From: Gemmatimonadales bacterium
Lineage (GTDB): Bacteria > Gemmatimonadota > Gemmatimonadetes > Gemmatimonadales > GWC2-71-9
NCBI GenBank assembly: GCA_036394755.1
Contig: DASWEL010000006.1
Location: forward strand, 4,475 to 68,474
DNA: 64,000 nt
Reading direction: 5' to 3'
Below the pieces are notes generated by a model. That model had not been told where the DNA came from. It worked only from the letters and a program-made list of their open reading frames with translations, and ran no database searches. Both the position numbers and the translations under genes were made by a program. Position 1 is the first letter of the stretch, and each line of letters begins with the position of its first letter. This document shows positions 36,131 through 45,286 of this stretch, one piece after another.

Positions 36131-37760
36131 TTTCGGGCCTGTGTTCAAACTGCTGAGCACATCCGGCGAACAATCGATCGACCTCCAGCTCGGGCGCAAG
36201 CTCGTGGTGGGGCGGGCGGTCACGAGCGACGTCCCCATCTACGACCCCACGATCTCCCGCCGGCACGCCGAAGTCGTGCTCACCGAAAGCGGCGTCCTAG
36301 TCACCGACCTCGGCTCCTCGAACGGCACATTCCTGAACGGCGCCAAGATCACCGAGGCCGAGGCGGGAGCCAACGACGTCGTGACCTTCGGGAAGGTGGC
36401 ATTTCGTGTCAAAGAGGTGACGGCTCCCCTCCCGCGACCGCACGTCGTGCCCCCCGCCGAATTCGCGAGCCCGAAGCCAGGCGTCAAAGGCGGAGCGGCC
36501 GGCACGATCGTCCGGCAACTGCCGGTCAGCGGCGGCGTCCCGGCGATCGTCATCGATCAGCCGCAAGGCTCCTCGCACCTCAAGGTCCAGGGGCAGAGTC
36601 AGGAGGAGCGGCGCGAGAAGAAGCTCTCCCTGTTGCTCGAAGTGTCGAAGGAGCTGTCGAAGCAGCAGGAGCTCGACCGCCTGCTCGACAAAGTCGTCGA
36701 CTTCACGTTCCAGATCATGAACGTGGACCGCGTCTCGATTCTGCTGCTCGACGGCAAGTCGGATGAGCTGATTCCGCGCATCTCCAAGAGCCGGACGGGC
36801 GACGCCAGCGCCGCCAAGCACGTGCCCCAGTCGATCGCCCGGAAAGCGGTCGAAGAGCGGGTCGCGATTCTGTCGGATAATGCCGCCGCCGACGAGCGCT
36901 TCAAGGGGAAATCGATTCTCATCCAGAGCGTCCGCAGCGCGATGTGCACGCCGCTCATGGGCTCCGACCAGAAGGTCCTGGGCATCCTCTACGTCGACAA
37001 CCTCACCGCGACGCACTCGTTCGCCGACGAGGATCTCGAGTTTCTCATAGCGTTCGGCGGTCTCACGGCGATCGCCATCGAGAACTCGCAGCTCTCGGAA
37101 CGCATCCGCCGCGAGGCGCTCGTGCGCTCGAACTTCGAGCGCTACTTCTCGCCCAACATCGCGTCGGTGATCGCCGAGCAGCAGGATGCCGGGAAGCTGC
37201 CGAGCCAGAAGCAGCCGGTGGTCGTGTTCTTTTCGGACATTCGCGGCTTCACCCCGATGTCGGAAACGATGAACCCCGACGAGATCGCCGGCCTGCTCAC
37301 CGATTACTTCACCGAAATGGTGGACATCGTGTTCGAGCACTCCGGCACGCTCGACAAGTTCATGGGCGACGCCATCATGGCGCTGTGGGGCGCGCCGATC
37401 GGCCACGCCGACGACGCCGACCGCGCCATGCAATGCGCCCTCGACCAGCTCGACACGCTGGAGAAGATGAACGCCAAGTGGAAGGAATCGGGGCGCCAGC
37501 CGCTCGCGATCGGCATCGGCATCAACTACGGCGAGGTCTTTGCCGGCAACGTCGGCTCGAACCGGCGGCTCGAGTACACCGTCATCGGCGACGCGGTGAA
37601 CACCGCCAGCCGGCTCTGCTCATCGGCCGGCGGCAACGAGATTCTGATTTCGGAGCCGTTCTACAAGGCGCTCAAGAAGCCCCCCAAGGTGGAGGCGCTC
37701 GAGCCGATTCAGGTCAAGGGAAAGACGAAGAAGGTGCCGGTCTATCGCGTGAAGCGGTAA
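36123..37760 (+). CDS. FHA - GAF - class III adenylate/guanylate cyclase.
   Basis: FHA 'LVVGRA...ISRRHAEV...GSSNGTFLNG'. A GAF region follows. Cyclase domain 'VVVFFSDIRGFTPMSE', 'KFMGDAIMALWGAP' and 'YTVIGDAVNTASRL'. Confidence 0.85.
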   Translation: MISFGPVFKLLSTSGEQSIDLQLGRKLVVGRAVTSDVPIYDPTISRRHAEVVLTESGVLVTDLGSSNGTFLNGAKITEAEAGANDVVTFGKVAFRVKEVTAPLPRPHVVPPAEFASPKPGVKGGAAGTIVRQLPVSGGVPAIVIDQPQGSSHLKVQGQSQEERREKKLSLLLEVSKELSKQQELDRLLDKVVDFTFQIMNVDRVSILLLDGKSDELIPRISKSRTGDASAAKHVPQSIARKAVEERVAILSDNAAADERFKGKSILIQSVRSAMCTPLMGSDQKVLGILYVDNLTATHSFADEDLEFLIAFGGLTAIAIENSQLSERIRREALVRSNFERYFSPNIASVIAEQQDAGKLPSQKQPVVVFFSDIRGFTPMSETMNPDEIAGLLTDYFTEMVDIVFEHSGTLDKFMGDAIMALWGAPIGHADDADRAMQCALDQLDTLEKMNAKWKESGRQPLAIGIGINYGEVFAGNVGSNRRLEYTVIGDAVNTASRLCSSAGGNEILISEPFYKALKKPPKVEALEPIQVKGKTKKVPVYRVKR

Positions 37761-38326
37761 GGCCGGCCGAATTTCGCCAGCAGGTCCAGCGCCAGCCGCA
37801 GCGGCAGTCCCATCACGCCAAAGAAGTCGCCTTCCACCCGTTCGATGAGCGGCGCGCCGAGTCCCTGGATCGCGTACGCCCCTGCCTTATCGAGTGGCTC
37901 GCCGGTCGCGACGTACTCCTCCAGTGTGCGGCGGTCGTTCGGCCGGAAGGTGACGCGCGAGACGTCCAGCGCCTGCTCGAGCCTGCCGTTCTCCGCCACC
38001 GCGACGGCGGTGAGCACCTCGTGCGTCTTCCCCTGGAGCTGCTCGAGCATCTCCACGGCGTGCTGTGGTGACGTCGGCTTCTCGAAGATCTTCCCGCCCA
38101 GGACGACCGTGGTGTCGGCCGCTAGAATCACCTCACCCGGCGCGCGCGCCAACACGGCCTCGGCTTTCGCGCGCGACAAGCGCGTGACATAGGCGTCAGG
38201 CTTTTCCCCCGGAAGGACGTGCTCGTCCACGTCGGGGGCGATCACGCGGAAGGGGATGCGCAACATTTCGAGCAGCTGCTTCCGGCGCGGCGAGCCCGAC
38301 GCGAGCACGATCGGTTTGGTGGACAC
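37742..38326 (-). CDS. maf: Maf-family nucleoside triphosphate pyrophosphatase.
   Basis: 'IVLASGSPRRKQLL', 'ILAADTVV' and 'KAGAYAIQG'. Confidence 0.9.
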   Translation of the reverse strand: MSTKPIVLASGSPRRKQLLEMLRIPFRVIAPDVDEHVLPGEKPDAYVTRLSRAKAEAVLARAPGEVILAADTTVVLGGKIFEKPTSPQHAVEMLEQLQGKTHEVLTAVAVAENGRLEQALDVSRVTFRPNDRRTLEEYVATGEPLDKAGAYAIQGLGAPLIERVEGDFFGVMGLPLRLALDLLAKFGRPYRFTR

Positions 38327-38352
38327 GCGGAAAAAGATAGCTCGGGCTAAGT

Positions 38353-39240
38353 TTGGGCGTGCTCTGGATCGCGCTGTTCACTCTGCAAGCCGCGCCTGCC
38401 GCTCCGGCTGGGTCGCCTGCGACTGACATCTATCTGGCCGACCTGCGCGTCGTCCAGGGTCGCATCAGCGTCGGCGTGCCCGTCAACGTCACCGCCAGGC
38501 CGGGCTACGACAACCAGCCGTTTTTCCTGCCGGACGGTCGTGCGTTCCTCTATACGTCGATCCGCGAGGACAGTCAGGCGGACATCTACCGGTACGACAT
38601 CGACCAGAGGACGAGCGTCCGGCTCACCGCGACGCGCGAGAGCGAGTATTCGCCCACGCCGCTGCCGGACGGCAGCGGCTTCTCTGTGGTGCGCGTCGAA
38701 GCCGATTCGACTCAGCGCCTGTGGGCGTTCGACCTCGCCGGGTCGCGGCCACGCGTGGTGCTCGACTCGATCAAACCGGTGGGCTACCACGCCTGGGGCG
38801 ACGACCACACGCTGGTCCTCTTCGTCCTCGGCTCGCCTTCCACATTGCAGATCGCGGATGCCGGTTTTCCGACGACCCGCGGCGAGGTGTTCGCCAAAAA
38901 CATCGGTCGATCATTGCAGCGGATCCCCGGGCGCATGTCGGTCAGCTTCGTGCAGCGCGACTCCTTGGCCGGTCCCGCGCTCGAGGAGCTCGACATCGGG
39001 AGGCGTCGTGTGACGATGCTCGCGAAGGTCCCACGGGGCGCCGAATTCTTCGCCTGGACACCTGACGGCATCGTGTTGACCGCGAGCGGAACGACCTTGT
39101 ATCAGTGGGATTCGCGACGCGGAGGAGCCTGGGAGCAGGTGGCGGACCTTGCCGCCGCTGGTCTCAGCAACGTGACGCGCCTCGCGGTGAGCCCACAAGG
39201 GGACCGCCTCGCGATCGTGGCCGTTCCCGTCGCCCGCTAG
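38353..39240 (+). CDS. Periplasmic TolB-like (PD40/WD40-like) beta-propeller protein.
   Basis: Repeated 'D.QP.F.PDG....Y' type units ('PGYDNQPFFLPDGRAFLYTS' and 'SEYSPTPLPDGSGFSVV'). N-terminal signal-like segment. Confidence 0.6.
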   Translation: MGVLWIALFTLQAAPAAPAGSPATDIYLADLRVVQGRISVGVPVNVTARPGYDNQPFFLPDGRAFLYTSIREDSQADIYRYDIDQRTSVRLTATRESEYSPTPLPDGSGFSVVRVEADSTQRLWAFDLAGSRPRVVLDSIKPVGYHAWGDDHTLVLFVLGSPSTLQIADAGFPTTRGEVFAKNIGRSLQRIPGRMSVSFVQRDSLAGPALEELDIGRRRVTMLAKVPRGAEFFAWTPDGIVLTASGTTLYQWDSRRGGAWEQVADLAAAGLSNVTRLAVSPQGDRLAIVAVPVAR

Positions 39241-39683
39241 CGCTCGAGAATCAACGTCACCGGTCCGTCGTTGACCAGCTCGACGTCCATCATCGCGCCG
39301 AACTCCCCGGTCTCGACGGGAATCTTTCCGACAGCCTTCTCCCGCAATAGCGCGACGAATTTTTCGTAGAGAGGGATCGCAAGATTCGGCGGAGCGGCAT
39401 CGATAAAGCTGGGCCGCCGGCCCTTGCTCGCATCCCCGTAGAGCGTGAACTGCGACACCACAAGCAGCGAACCACCTGTTTCTGACAGATCCCGATTCAT
39501 TTTCGCTTGGTCATCGGCGAACACTCGAAGCCCGAGGATTTTGTCGGCCATCCAGGAGAGCTGCACGTCGGTGTCAGTCGGGGCAAAACCGGCGAGCACG
39601 AGAAAGCCGGGCCCGATCTTCCCGGCAACCCGGCTATCTACCCGAACCTCCGCGCGTTTGACCCGCTGGAGGACGACCCTCAC
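39237..39683 (-). CDS. dtd: D-aminoacyl-tRNA deacylase.
   Basis: 'MRVVLQRV', 'SQFTLYGD', 'GRRPSF' and 'NDGPVTL'. Confidence 0.93.
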   Translation of the reverse strand: MRVVLQRVKRAEVRVDSRVAGKIGPGFLVLAGFAPTDTDVQLSWMADKILGLRVFADDQAKMNRDLSETGGSLLVVSQFTLYGDASKGRRPSFIDAAPPNLAIPLYEKFVALLREKAVGKIPVETGEFGAMMDVELVNDGPVTLILER

Positions 39684-41509
39684 TCGACCGTCACGCTCTT
39701 GGCCAGATTGCGCGGTTGATCGACGTTACAGCCGCGCCGGACCGCGATGTAGTAGGCAAGCAATTGCAGCGGCACCACGCTCAAGACCGGCGTCAGCAGA
39801 TCGAGAGTCTCGGGAATCTCGATGCGGTGGTCGGCCAGTTTGTCGAGCGCCGTGTCGCCCTCGGTCACGATCGCAATCACGCGGCCGCCGCGCGCCTTCA
39901 CCTCTTCGATGTTGCTCACGACCTTTTGATGCACGCCGTCCTTGGGCGCGATGAAGACGACCGGCATCAGGTCGTCGATCAGGGCGATGGGGCCGTGCTT
40001 CATCTCGGCCGCCGGATAGCCCTCGGCGTGGATATAGGAGATTTCCTTGAGCTTGAGCGCGCCCTCGAGCGCGACCGGGAAATTGTAGCCGCGCCCCAGA
40101 TACAGCACGTTTTGCGCCCGCACCAGCCGCTCGGCGATCTGCTCGACCTGGGGCGCCTTGGCGAGCACGCGACTCACCAGCTCCGGCAGCTTGGCCAGCG
40201 CCCGCACTACCTCGCGTCCCTGCAGGATCGAGAGCGCGCGCAGCCGGCCCATTTTCAGCGTCAATAGCGCCAGCGCGACGATCTGACTGGTGAACGCCTT
40301 GGTGCTCGCCACGCCGATCTCGGGCCCGGCGTGGAGATAGATGCCGCCGTCCACCTCTCGGGCGATCGTGCTGCCCACGACGTTGACGAGTCCCAGCGTC
40401 CGGGCGCCGCGCCGCTTGGCTTCGCGCAGGGCGGCCAGTGTGTCGGCGGTCTCGCCCGACTGAGAAATCCCGATCACCAGGGTACGCTCGTCGACGATCG
40501 GGTTCCGGTAACGAAACTCCGATGCGTACTCCACTTCTGTCGGGATCCGCGCCAGCTCCTCCATCATATATTCGCCGATCAGCGCCGAATGCCACGACGT
40601 GCCGCACGCGGTGATCACGATGCGCTGCACCTTGAGCAGCTCTTCGTCGCTGATGTTCAGGCCGCCGAAGCGGACCGTGCCTTCTTCCTCGAGCAGCCGC
40701 CCGCGCAGCGTGTTTCGTACGCTCTCGGGCTGCTCCATGATCTCCTTGAGCATGAAGTGCGCGTAGCCACCGCGCTCGATGGTCGCGAGATCCCACTCCA
40801 CGTGCGTGACCGTCTTCTCCTTCTCGGCGGAAGCGAGATCCATGATGCGGTAATCGTTCGGCTTCACCTCGGCGATGTCGCCGTCGTCCAGGTAGACGAC
40901 CGACCGCGTGTACGCGAGGACGGCCGACGCATCGGAGGCGACGAAATTCTCCCCATCGCCAATCGCCACGAGCAGCGGCGATCCGCGCCGCGCCGCGACC
41001 AGGGTGTCGGGCTCTCGGCTCGAGATCACCGCGATGCCGTAGGTCCCTTCGACCTGGCGCAGTGCCTCAGCGGTCGCGTCCACCAGCGACGCTCCCGTGG
41101 TATGCGTTTCCTCGATCAGGTGAGAGAGGGCTTCGGTGTCCGTCTGAGAACGGAATACGTGGCCGCGCTTGGTGAGGGCCTGTCGCAGCGCTCCGGAGTT
41201 TTCAATGATGCCGTTGTGCACCACGGCGAGGGTGCCGCCGCAGTCCGCATGCGGATGCGCATTGACGGTGTTCGGTGCGCCGTGCGTCGCCCAGCGCGTG
41301 TGCGCGATCGCGGTTGTGCCTGGGGGCAGCTTGCTGCCGATCTCGCGCTCGAGCGCGGCGATCCTTCCAGGTGCGCGGAATATCTCGAGCCCGCCGTTGA
41401 CGACGGCCAGACCCGCCGAGTCGTACCCGCGATACTCGAGACGCTTCAGCCCCTCGAGCACGACGGGCGCTGCCGTCCGTTTGCCGACGTACCCTACGAT
41501 GCCGCACAT
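39680..41509 (-). CDS. glmS: Glutamine--fructose-6-phosphate aminotransferase.
   Basis: 'MCGIVGYVG' N-terminal nucleophile Cys. Two SIS domains ('GISQSGETADT') and C-terminus 'NLAKSVTVE'. Confidence 0.97.
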   Translation of the reverse strand: MCGIVGYVGKRTAAPVVLEGLKRLEYRGYDSAGLAVVNGGLEIFRAPGRIAALEREIGSKLPPGTTAIAHTRWATHGAPNTVNAHPHADCGGTLAVVHNGIIENSGALRQALTKRGHVFRSQTDTEALSHLIEETHTTGASLVDATAEALRQVEGTYGIAVISSREPDTLVAARRGSPLLVAIGDGENFVASDASAVLAYTRSVVYLDDGDIAEVKPNDYRIMDLASAEKEKTVTHVEWDLATIERGGYAHFMLKEIMEQPESVRNTLRGRLLEEEGTVRFGGLNISDEELLKVQRIVITACGTSWHSALIGEYMMEELARIPTEVEYASEFRYRNPIVDERTLVIGISQSGETADTLAALREAKRRGARTLGLVNVVGSTIAREVDGGIYLHAGPEIGVASTKAFTSQIVALALLTLKMGRLRALSILQGREVVRALAKLPELVSRVLAKAPQVEQIAERLVRAQNVLYLGRGYNFPVALEGALKLKEISYIHAEGYPAAEMKHGPIALIDDLMPVVFIAPKDGVHQKVVSNIEEVKARGGRVIAIVTEGDTALDKLADHRIEIPETLDLLTPVLSVVPLQLLAYYIAVRRGCNVDQPRNLAKSVTVE

Positions 41510-42891
41510 AACCGCCGCCCCTCTTCTATCAGACGTTCAGCGTCAGCGCTCGACGGCGCTTCCGCGATCAGTCGAATGATCGGCTCGGTGCCGGAGGGCC
41601 GCACATGCAGCCAGCGATCCGGCCAGGCGAGTCGGAGCCCATCCTGGACATCGACCGTTGCATCACTAAAACGTTGTCGCAAACCGTCGTAGACTTGCTC
41701 CAGCCGCGCCCCCCGAGGAGCCTTCGCTTTCACGATCGTGTAACGTGGCGCGCGCGCAACCAGTGCACTCACCGTGATGCGCTCGCGCGCGAGCAGCGAC
41801 AGCGCCAACGCCCCAGCCACCGGCGCATCGCGACCGACATGCAGCGCCGGATACATCACTCCACCATTCCCTTCGCCGCCGATCACCGCTTTCAGCTCGA
41901 TGATCTTTCGCGCGACGTACGCTTCGCCGACCGGTGCGCGAACCAAGCGTGCGCCGTACTCCCGAGCCGCATCTTCCACGACAAGCGACGTGGAGAGATT
42001 GCACACAACAGACCGTCCGACCGTCCGAGCGTCCGAGCGCCCCAAGACGGCCCGGATGGCAAACGCGAGAGTGTAATCCTCGCCGATGGGTCGTCCCTTT
42101 TCATCTACAATCGCCAACCGATCCACGTCCGGATCGACCGCGATGCCGATGTCCGCCTTCTTTCGTCGCACCAGCGCGCCGAGGGCCTTCAAGTTTTCAG
42201 GCACCGGCTCCGGCGGTCGCGGAAACAGACCATCAGTTTCGAGATTGATCGCAGCGACCCGACACCCCAGTCGCTCGAGCAGCTCCGGCATCAGCGCGCC
42301 GCCGGCGCCGCGCACCGTATCGAGCGCGACCCGGAAGCGCCGCCGCCGGATCGCGCGAACATCGACCCCGCGAAGCGCGAGCACGGCAGCGAGGTGGCGG
42401 GAAATCGCGTCCGGATCCGCCTCCACCCCGCCGATCGCATTGTATTTGGCTCGTGGCAGGGAATCCCCCGCCGCCAGTTCGCGCACCCGCGTGCCCGCCA
42501 CACTATCAAGAAAGATGCCATCGGGACCGACGAACTTGAGCGCGTTCCATTCGATGGGATTGTGGCTGGCGGTGAGGATGATCCCGCCGGTGGCGCGATG
42601 ATGCTCGACGGCGAGTTGGACCGTGGGTGTTGCGACCAAGCCCACATCGATTACATGGCACCCCACTGAGTTAAGACCAGCGGTGGCTGCGTCGGCGAAC
42701 ATGGGGCCCGAGGTGCGGGCATCGCGCCCGATGACGATTTTGACGGGCCGACGGCCCGACGGGCCGATGGGCCGTCCGTCTTTCGCCCACGTGCCAAACG
42801 CAGCAGCCCAGCGAGCCACCATTTCGGGAGTGAGGTCCGTTCCAACCAGACCCCGAACTCCCGACACACTCACCATTAGAGTGTCGGACAT
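41494..42891 (-). CDS. glmM: Phosphoglucosamine mutase / phosphohexomutase family (probably GlmM by coupling to glmS).
   Basis: 'SGVRG', active-site 'TASHNP', metal loop 'AVDPDVDRL' and 'GGEGNGG'. Overlaps glmS by 16 nt. Confidence 0.8.
   Translation of the reverse strand: MSDTLMVSVSGVRGLVGTDLTPEMVARWAAAFGTWAKDGRPIGPSGRRPVKIVIGRDARTSGPMFADAATAGLNSVGCHVIDVGLVATPTVQLAVEHHRATGGIILTASHNPIEWNALKFVGPDGIFLDSVAGTRVRELAAGDSLPRAKYNAIGGVEADPDAISRHLAAVLALRGVDVRAIRRRRFRVALDTVRGAGGALMPELLERLGCRVAAINLETDGLFPRPPEPVPENLKALGALVRRKKADIGIAVDPDVDRLAIVDEKGRPIGEDYTLAFAIRAVLGRSDARTVGRSVVCNLSTSLVVEDAAREYGARLVRAPVGEAYVARKIIELKAVIGGEGNGGVMYPALHVGRDAPVAGALALSLLARERITVSALVARAPRYTIVKAKAPRGARLEQVYDGLRQRFSDATVDVQDGLRLAWPDRWLHVRPSGTEPIIRLIAEAPSSADAERLIEEGRRLCAAS
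42011..42042. repeat. Intragenic tandem octamer array (GACCGTCC GACCGTCC GAGCGTCC GAGCGCCC) inside glmM.
   Basis: Read directly from the sequence. It translates on the - strand within 'LGRSDARTVGRSV'. Confidence 0.6.
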
Positions 42892-42915
42892 CGGACCATC
42901 AATTTAATGAGTGAA

Positions 42916-44001
42916 TCAGGCTCGACGCGCTTCCATCGCCCGCGTCGGCAGGCGTAAGGGCTGGAGCTGCGGCGTCGGGATGGGCAGCGACGTTCCCTCG
43001 GCAAACGCGCGCAGGAACGCCTTGACGATCTCGGCATCGAACTGGACGCCCTGCCCCTCCTCGAGCTCCCGCATCGCGTGTTTCACCGGGAGCGACGGGC
43101 GATACGGCCGCACGCTCGTCATCGCGTCGAAGGCGTCAGCGACGCTGACGAGCCGAGCCTCGAACGGGATCTGATCGCCTTTCAGGCTGTCGGGGGAGCC
43201 GGTGCCGTCGAGCCGCTCGTGATGCGAGCGCACGATCGACAGTGCGCCGGGGGCATCGCGCATCAGCGGCCCCAGAATGCGCGCGCCGATCACCGTATGC
43301 TCCATGATGTGGCGGTACTCGGCGTCGGTCAGCTTGCCTGCCTTGTGCAGCACGCTCTCACTGACGCCGATCTTGCCCACGTCATGCAGCTCGGCGCCGA
43401 GCGCGATCGTATCGATGAGGTCCTTATCGAGGCCGAGTGCGCGGGCGATCCCGACAGAGTAGTTGGCAACGCGCATCGAGTGACCGCGCGTGTACGCATC
43501 CTTCGCTTCGAGCGCGAAGACGAGCGCGTGCACACCCTCGAGAAACAGCTCTTCGATGCGCCGCGCCTGCGCCTCGACGCGCTCTTCGAGACCCTGCTGG
43601 TAGTTGCGGTTTTCGATGATGAGCCGGCGCTTGTCGAGCGCCTGCGAAACGCGCGCGCGCACTTCGTCGAGATGAAACGGCTTCGCGACGTAATCGAGCG
43701 CGCCCATTTGCAGGCAGGCCACCGCGCTCTCGACTTCGGCAACGGCGGTCACCACGATGACGGCCGTCTCGGGCCAGCGCGTGGTGATCTCGCGCAGCAG
43801 CGTGACGCCGTCCATTTCCGGCATCCGCAAGTCGGAGATGACCAGCGGCACCGCTCCCTTCTCGAGCTCCCGCAACGCCTCAACTCCGGAGCCGGCCTCG
43901 GCGCACGCGAACCCTTCGCCCTCGAGCAACCGGACGAGCACGCGCCGCAAACGCGGCTCGTCGTCGACGACGAGGCAGCGCATTCCGGAGAAGGGTGGCA
44001 T
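42916..44001 (-). CDS. Response regulator with an HD-GYP-family output domain.
   Basis: REC domain 'MRCLVVDDEPRL...LVISDLRMPEMDG'. HD domain 'ELHDVGKIGV' and 'HHERLDGTGSPD'. The ATG at 44001 is preferred over the TTG at 44034. Confidence 0.85.
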   Translation of the reverse strand: MPPFSGMRCLVVDDEPRLRRVLVRLLEGEGFACAEAGSGVEALRELEKGAVPLVISDLRMPEMDGVTLLREITTRWPETAVIVVTAVAEVESAVACLQMGALDYVAKPFHLDEVRARVSQALDKRRLIIENRNYQQGLEERVEAQARRIEELFLEGVHALVFALEAKDAYTRGHSMRVANYSVGIARALGLDKDLIDTIALGAELHDVGKIGVSESVLHKAGKLTDAEYRHIMEHTVIGARILGPLMRDAPGALSIVRSHHERLDGTGSPDSLKGDQIPFEARLVSVADAFDAMTSVRPYRPSLPVKHAMRELEEGQGVQFDAEIVKAFLRAFAEGTSLPIPTPQLQPLRLPTRAMEARRA

Positions 44002-44059
44002 GGCCCCGCCAAAGTAAAGGTCGCTTGCCCCCAAGGAAAGCCGCCCTTACGTTCCGGCC

Positions 44060-45229
44060 ATGACGCGAGTCGTCGAACGTGACCTAACACACCGGATTGC
44101 GACCCGCGCCGTGCACGCCGGCTACCTAGGGGATCCCCTGAGCGGCGCGGTTATGGGGCCCATCTATCAGACGTCTACCTACATCCAGGAAGGGCTGGGG
44201 CGTAACAAAGGCTACGAGTACGCGCGCACGCGCAACCCCACGCGCGAGGCGCTCGAGCGCAATGTGGCGGCGCTCGAAGGCGGTCTGCATGGGTTCGCGT
44301 TTGGGTCGGGGTTAGCGGCGCTCGATGCCGTGATGAAGTTGCTGTCGGCCGGCGATCACGTCGTGAGCGGCGAGAACGTGTACGGCGGCTCCCACCGACA
44401 GATGACACACATCTGGTCGCGCCTCGGCCTCACCTTCACGTTCGTGGACGGCGGCGATACGCGGGCAGTCGCAGCCGCCGTCACGCCGAACACCAAGATC
44501 GTGTACGCCGAGACGCCGACCAATCCGATGATGCGACTGTGCGATCTCGCGGCGACCGGCGAGATTGCACGCAACGTCAAAGCGTTGTTCGTCGTCGACA
44601 ACACCTTCGCGACCCCCTATTTCCAGCAGCCGCTGCAGTTCGGCGCCGATATCGTCCTCCACTCGACGACCAAGTACTTGAACGGCCATTCCGACATGGT
44701 AGGCGGCATGCTCGTCGCGACCCGCGACGACGTCGCCGAGCGGCTCGGGTTCATTCAGAACTCTTCCGGTGCCGTCCCGGGGCCGTTCGACTGCTGGCTG
44801 GCGCTGCGCGGCACCAAGACGCTGGCGCTGCGCATGCGCCAGCACGACGCGAACGGCCGGCGCGTGGCGGAGTGGCTGGAGAAGCATCCCCGCGTGCAAC
44901 GGGTGTATTATCCGGGACTGCGTTCGCATCCCCAGCACGAGCTCGCCGGCCGTCAGATGAAGGGATTCGGCGGGATGCTGAGTATCGAGCTGGGCGACAC
45001 CGCGTTTGCGCGCCGCTTCGTCGAGCGCACCAAAATCTTCGCGCTCGCCGAGTCGCTGGGCGGCGTCGAGAGCCTGATCGGGCATCCAGCATCGATGACG
45101 CACGCGAGCGTGCCGCCCGAGATGCGGCGCCGCATGGGATTGACCGACAGCCTGGTCCGCCTGTCGGTCGGAATCGAGGATGTAGAGGACCTGGTCGGCG
45201 ATCTCGACCAGGCATTGGCGGACGACTAA
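44060..45229 (+). CDS. Cys/Met-metabolism PLP enzyme (cystathionine gamma-synthase/gamma-lyase/beta-lyase family).
   Basis: 'YARTRNPTREALE' and the PLP-lysine motif 'STTKYLNGHSD'. Length is about 389 aa. Confidence 0.85.
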   Translation: MTRVVERDLTHRIATRAVHAGYLGDPLSGAVMGPIYQTSTYIQEGLGRNKGYEYARTRNPTREALERNVAALEGGLHGFAFGSGLAALDAVMKLLSAGDHVVSGENVYGGSHRQMTHIWSRLGLTFTFVDGGDTRAVAAAVTPNTKIVYAETPTNPMMRLCDLAATGEIARNVKALFVVDNTFATPYFQQPLQFGADIVLHSTTKYLNGHSDMVGGMLVATRDDVAERLGFIQNSSGAVPGPFDCWLALRGTKTLALRMRQHDANGRRVAEWLEKHPRVQRVYYPGLRSHPQHELAGRQMKGFGGMLSIELGDTAFARRFVERTKIFALAESLGGVESLIGHPASMTHASVPPEMRRRMGLTDSLVRLSVGIEDVEDLVGDLDQALADD

Positions 45230-45286
45230 CCGAAACACGGGGTTCTCGGGCCCGTACGTGAGGGAATCCATTCGCAGGAGAGAGGC

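Noticed and set aside
41494-41530. glmS ribozyme or riboswitch upstream of glmS.
   Set aside because: glmS overlaps the upstream glmM by 16 nt, so there is no leader region in which a ribozyme could reside.
43757-44090. Small ORFs around the divergent REC-HD-GYP / PLP-enzyme promoter region (43749..44090 on the minus strand and 43757..44017 on the plus strand).
   Set aside because: They are alternative frames of the response-regulator gene with no independent support.
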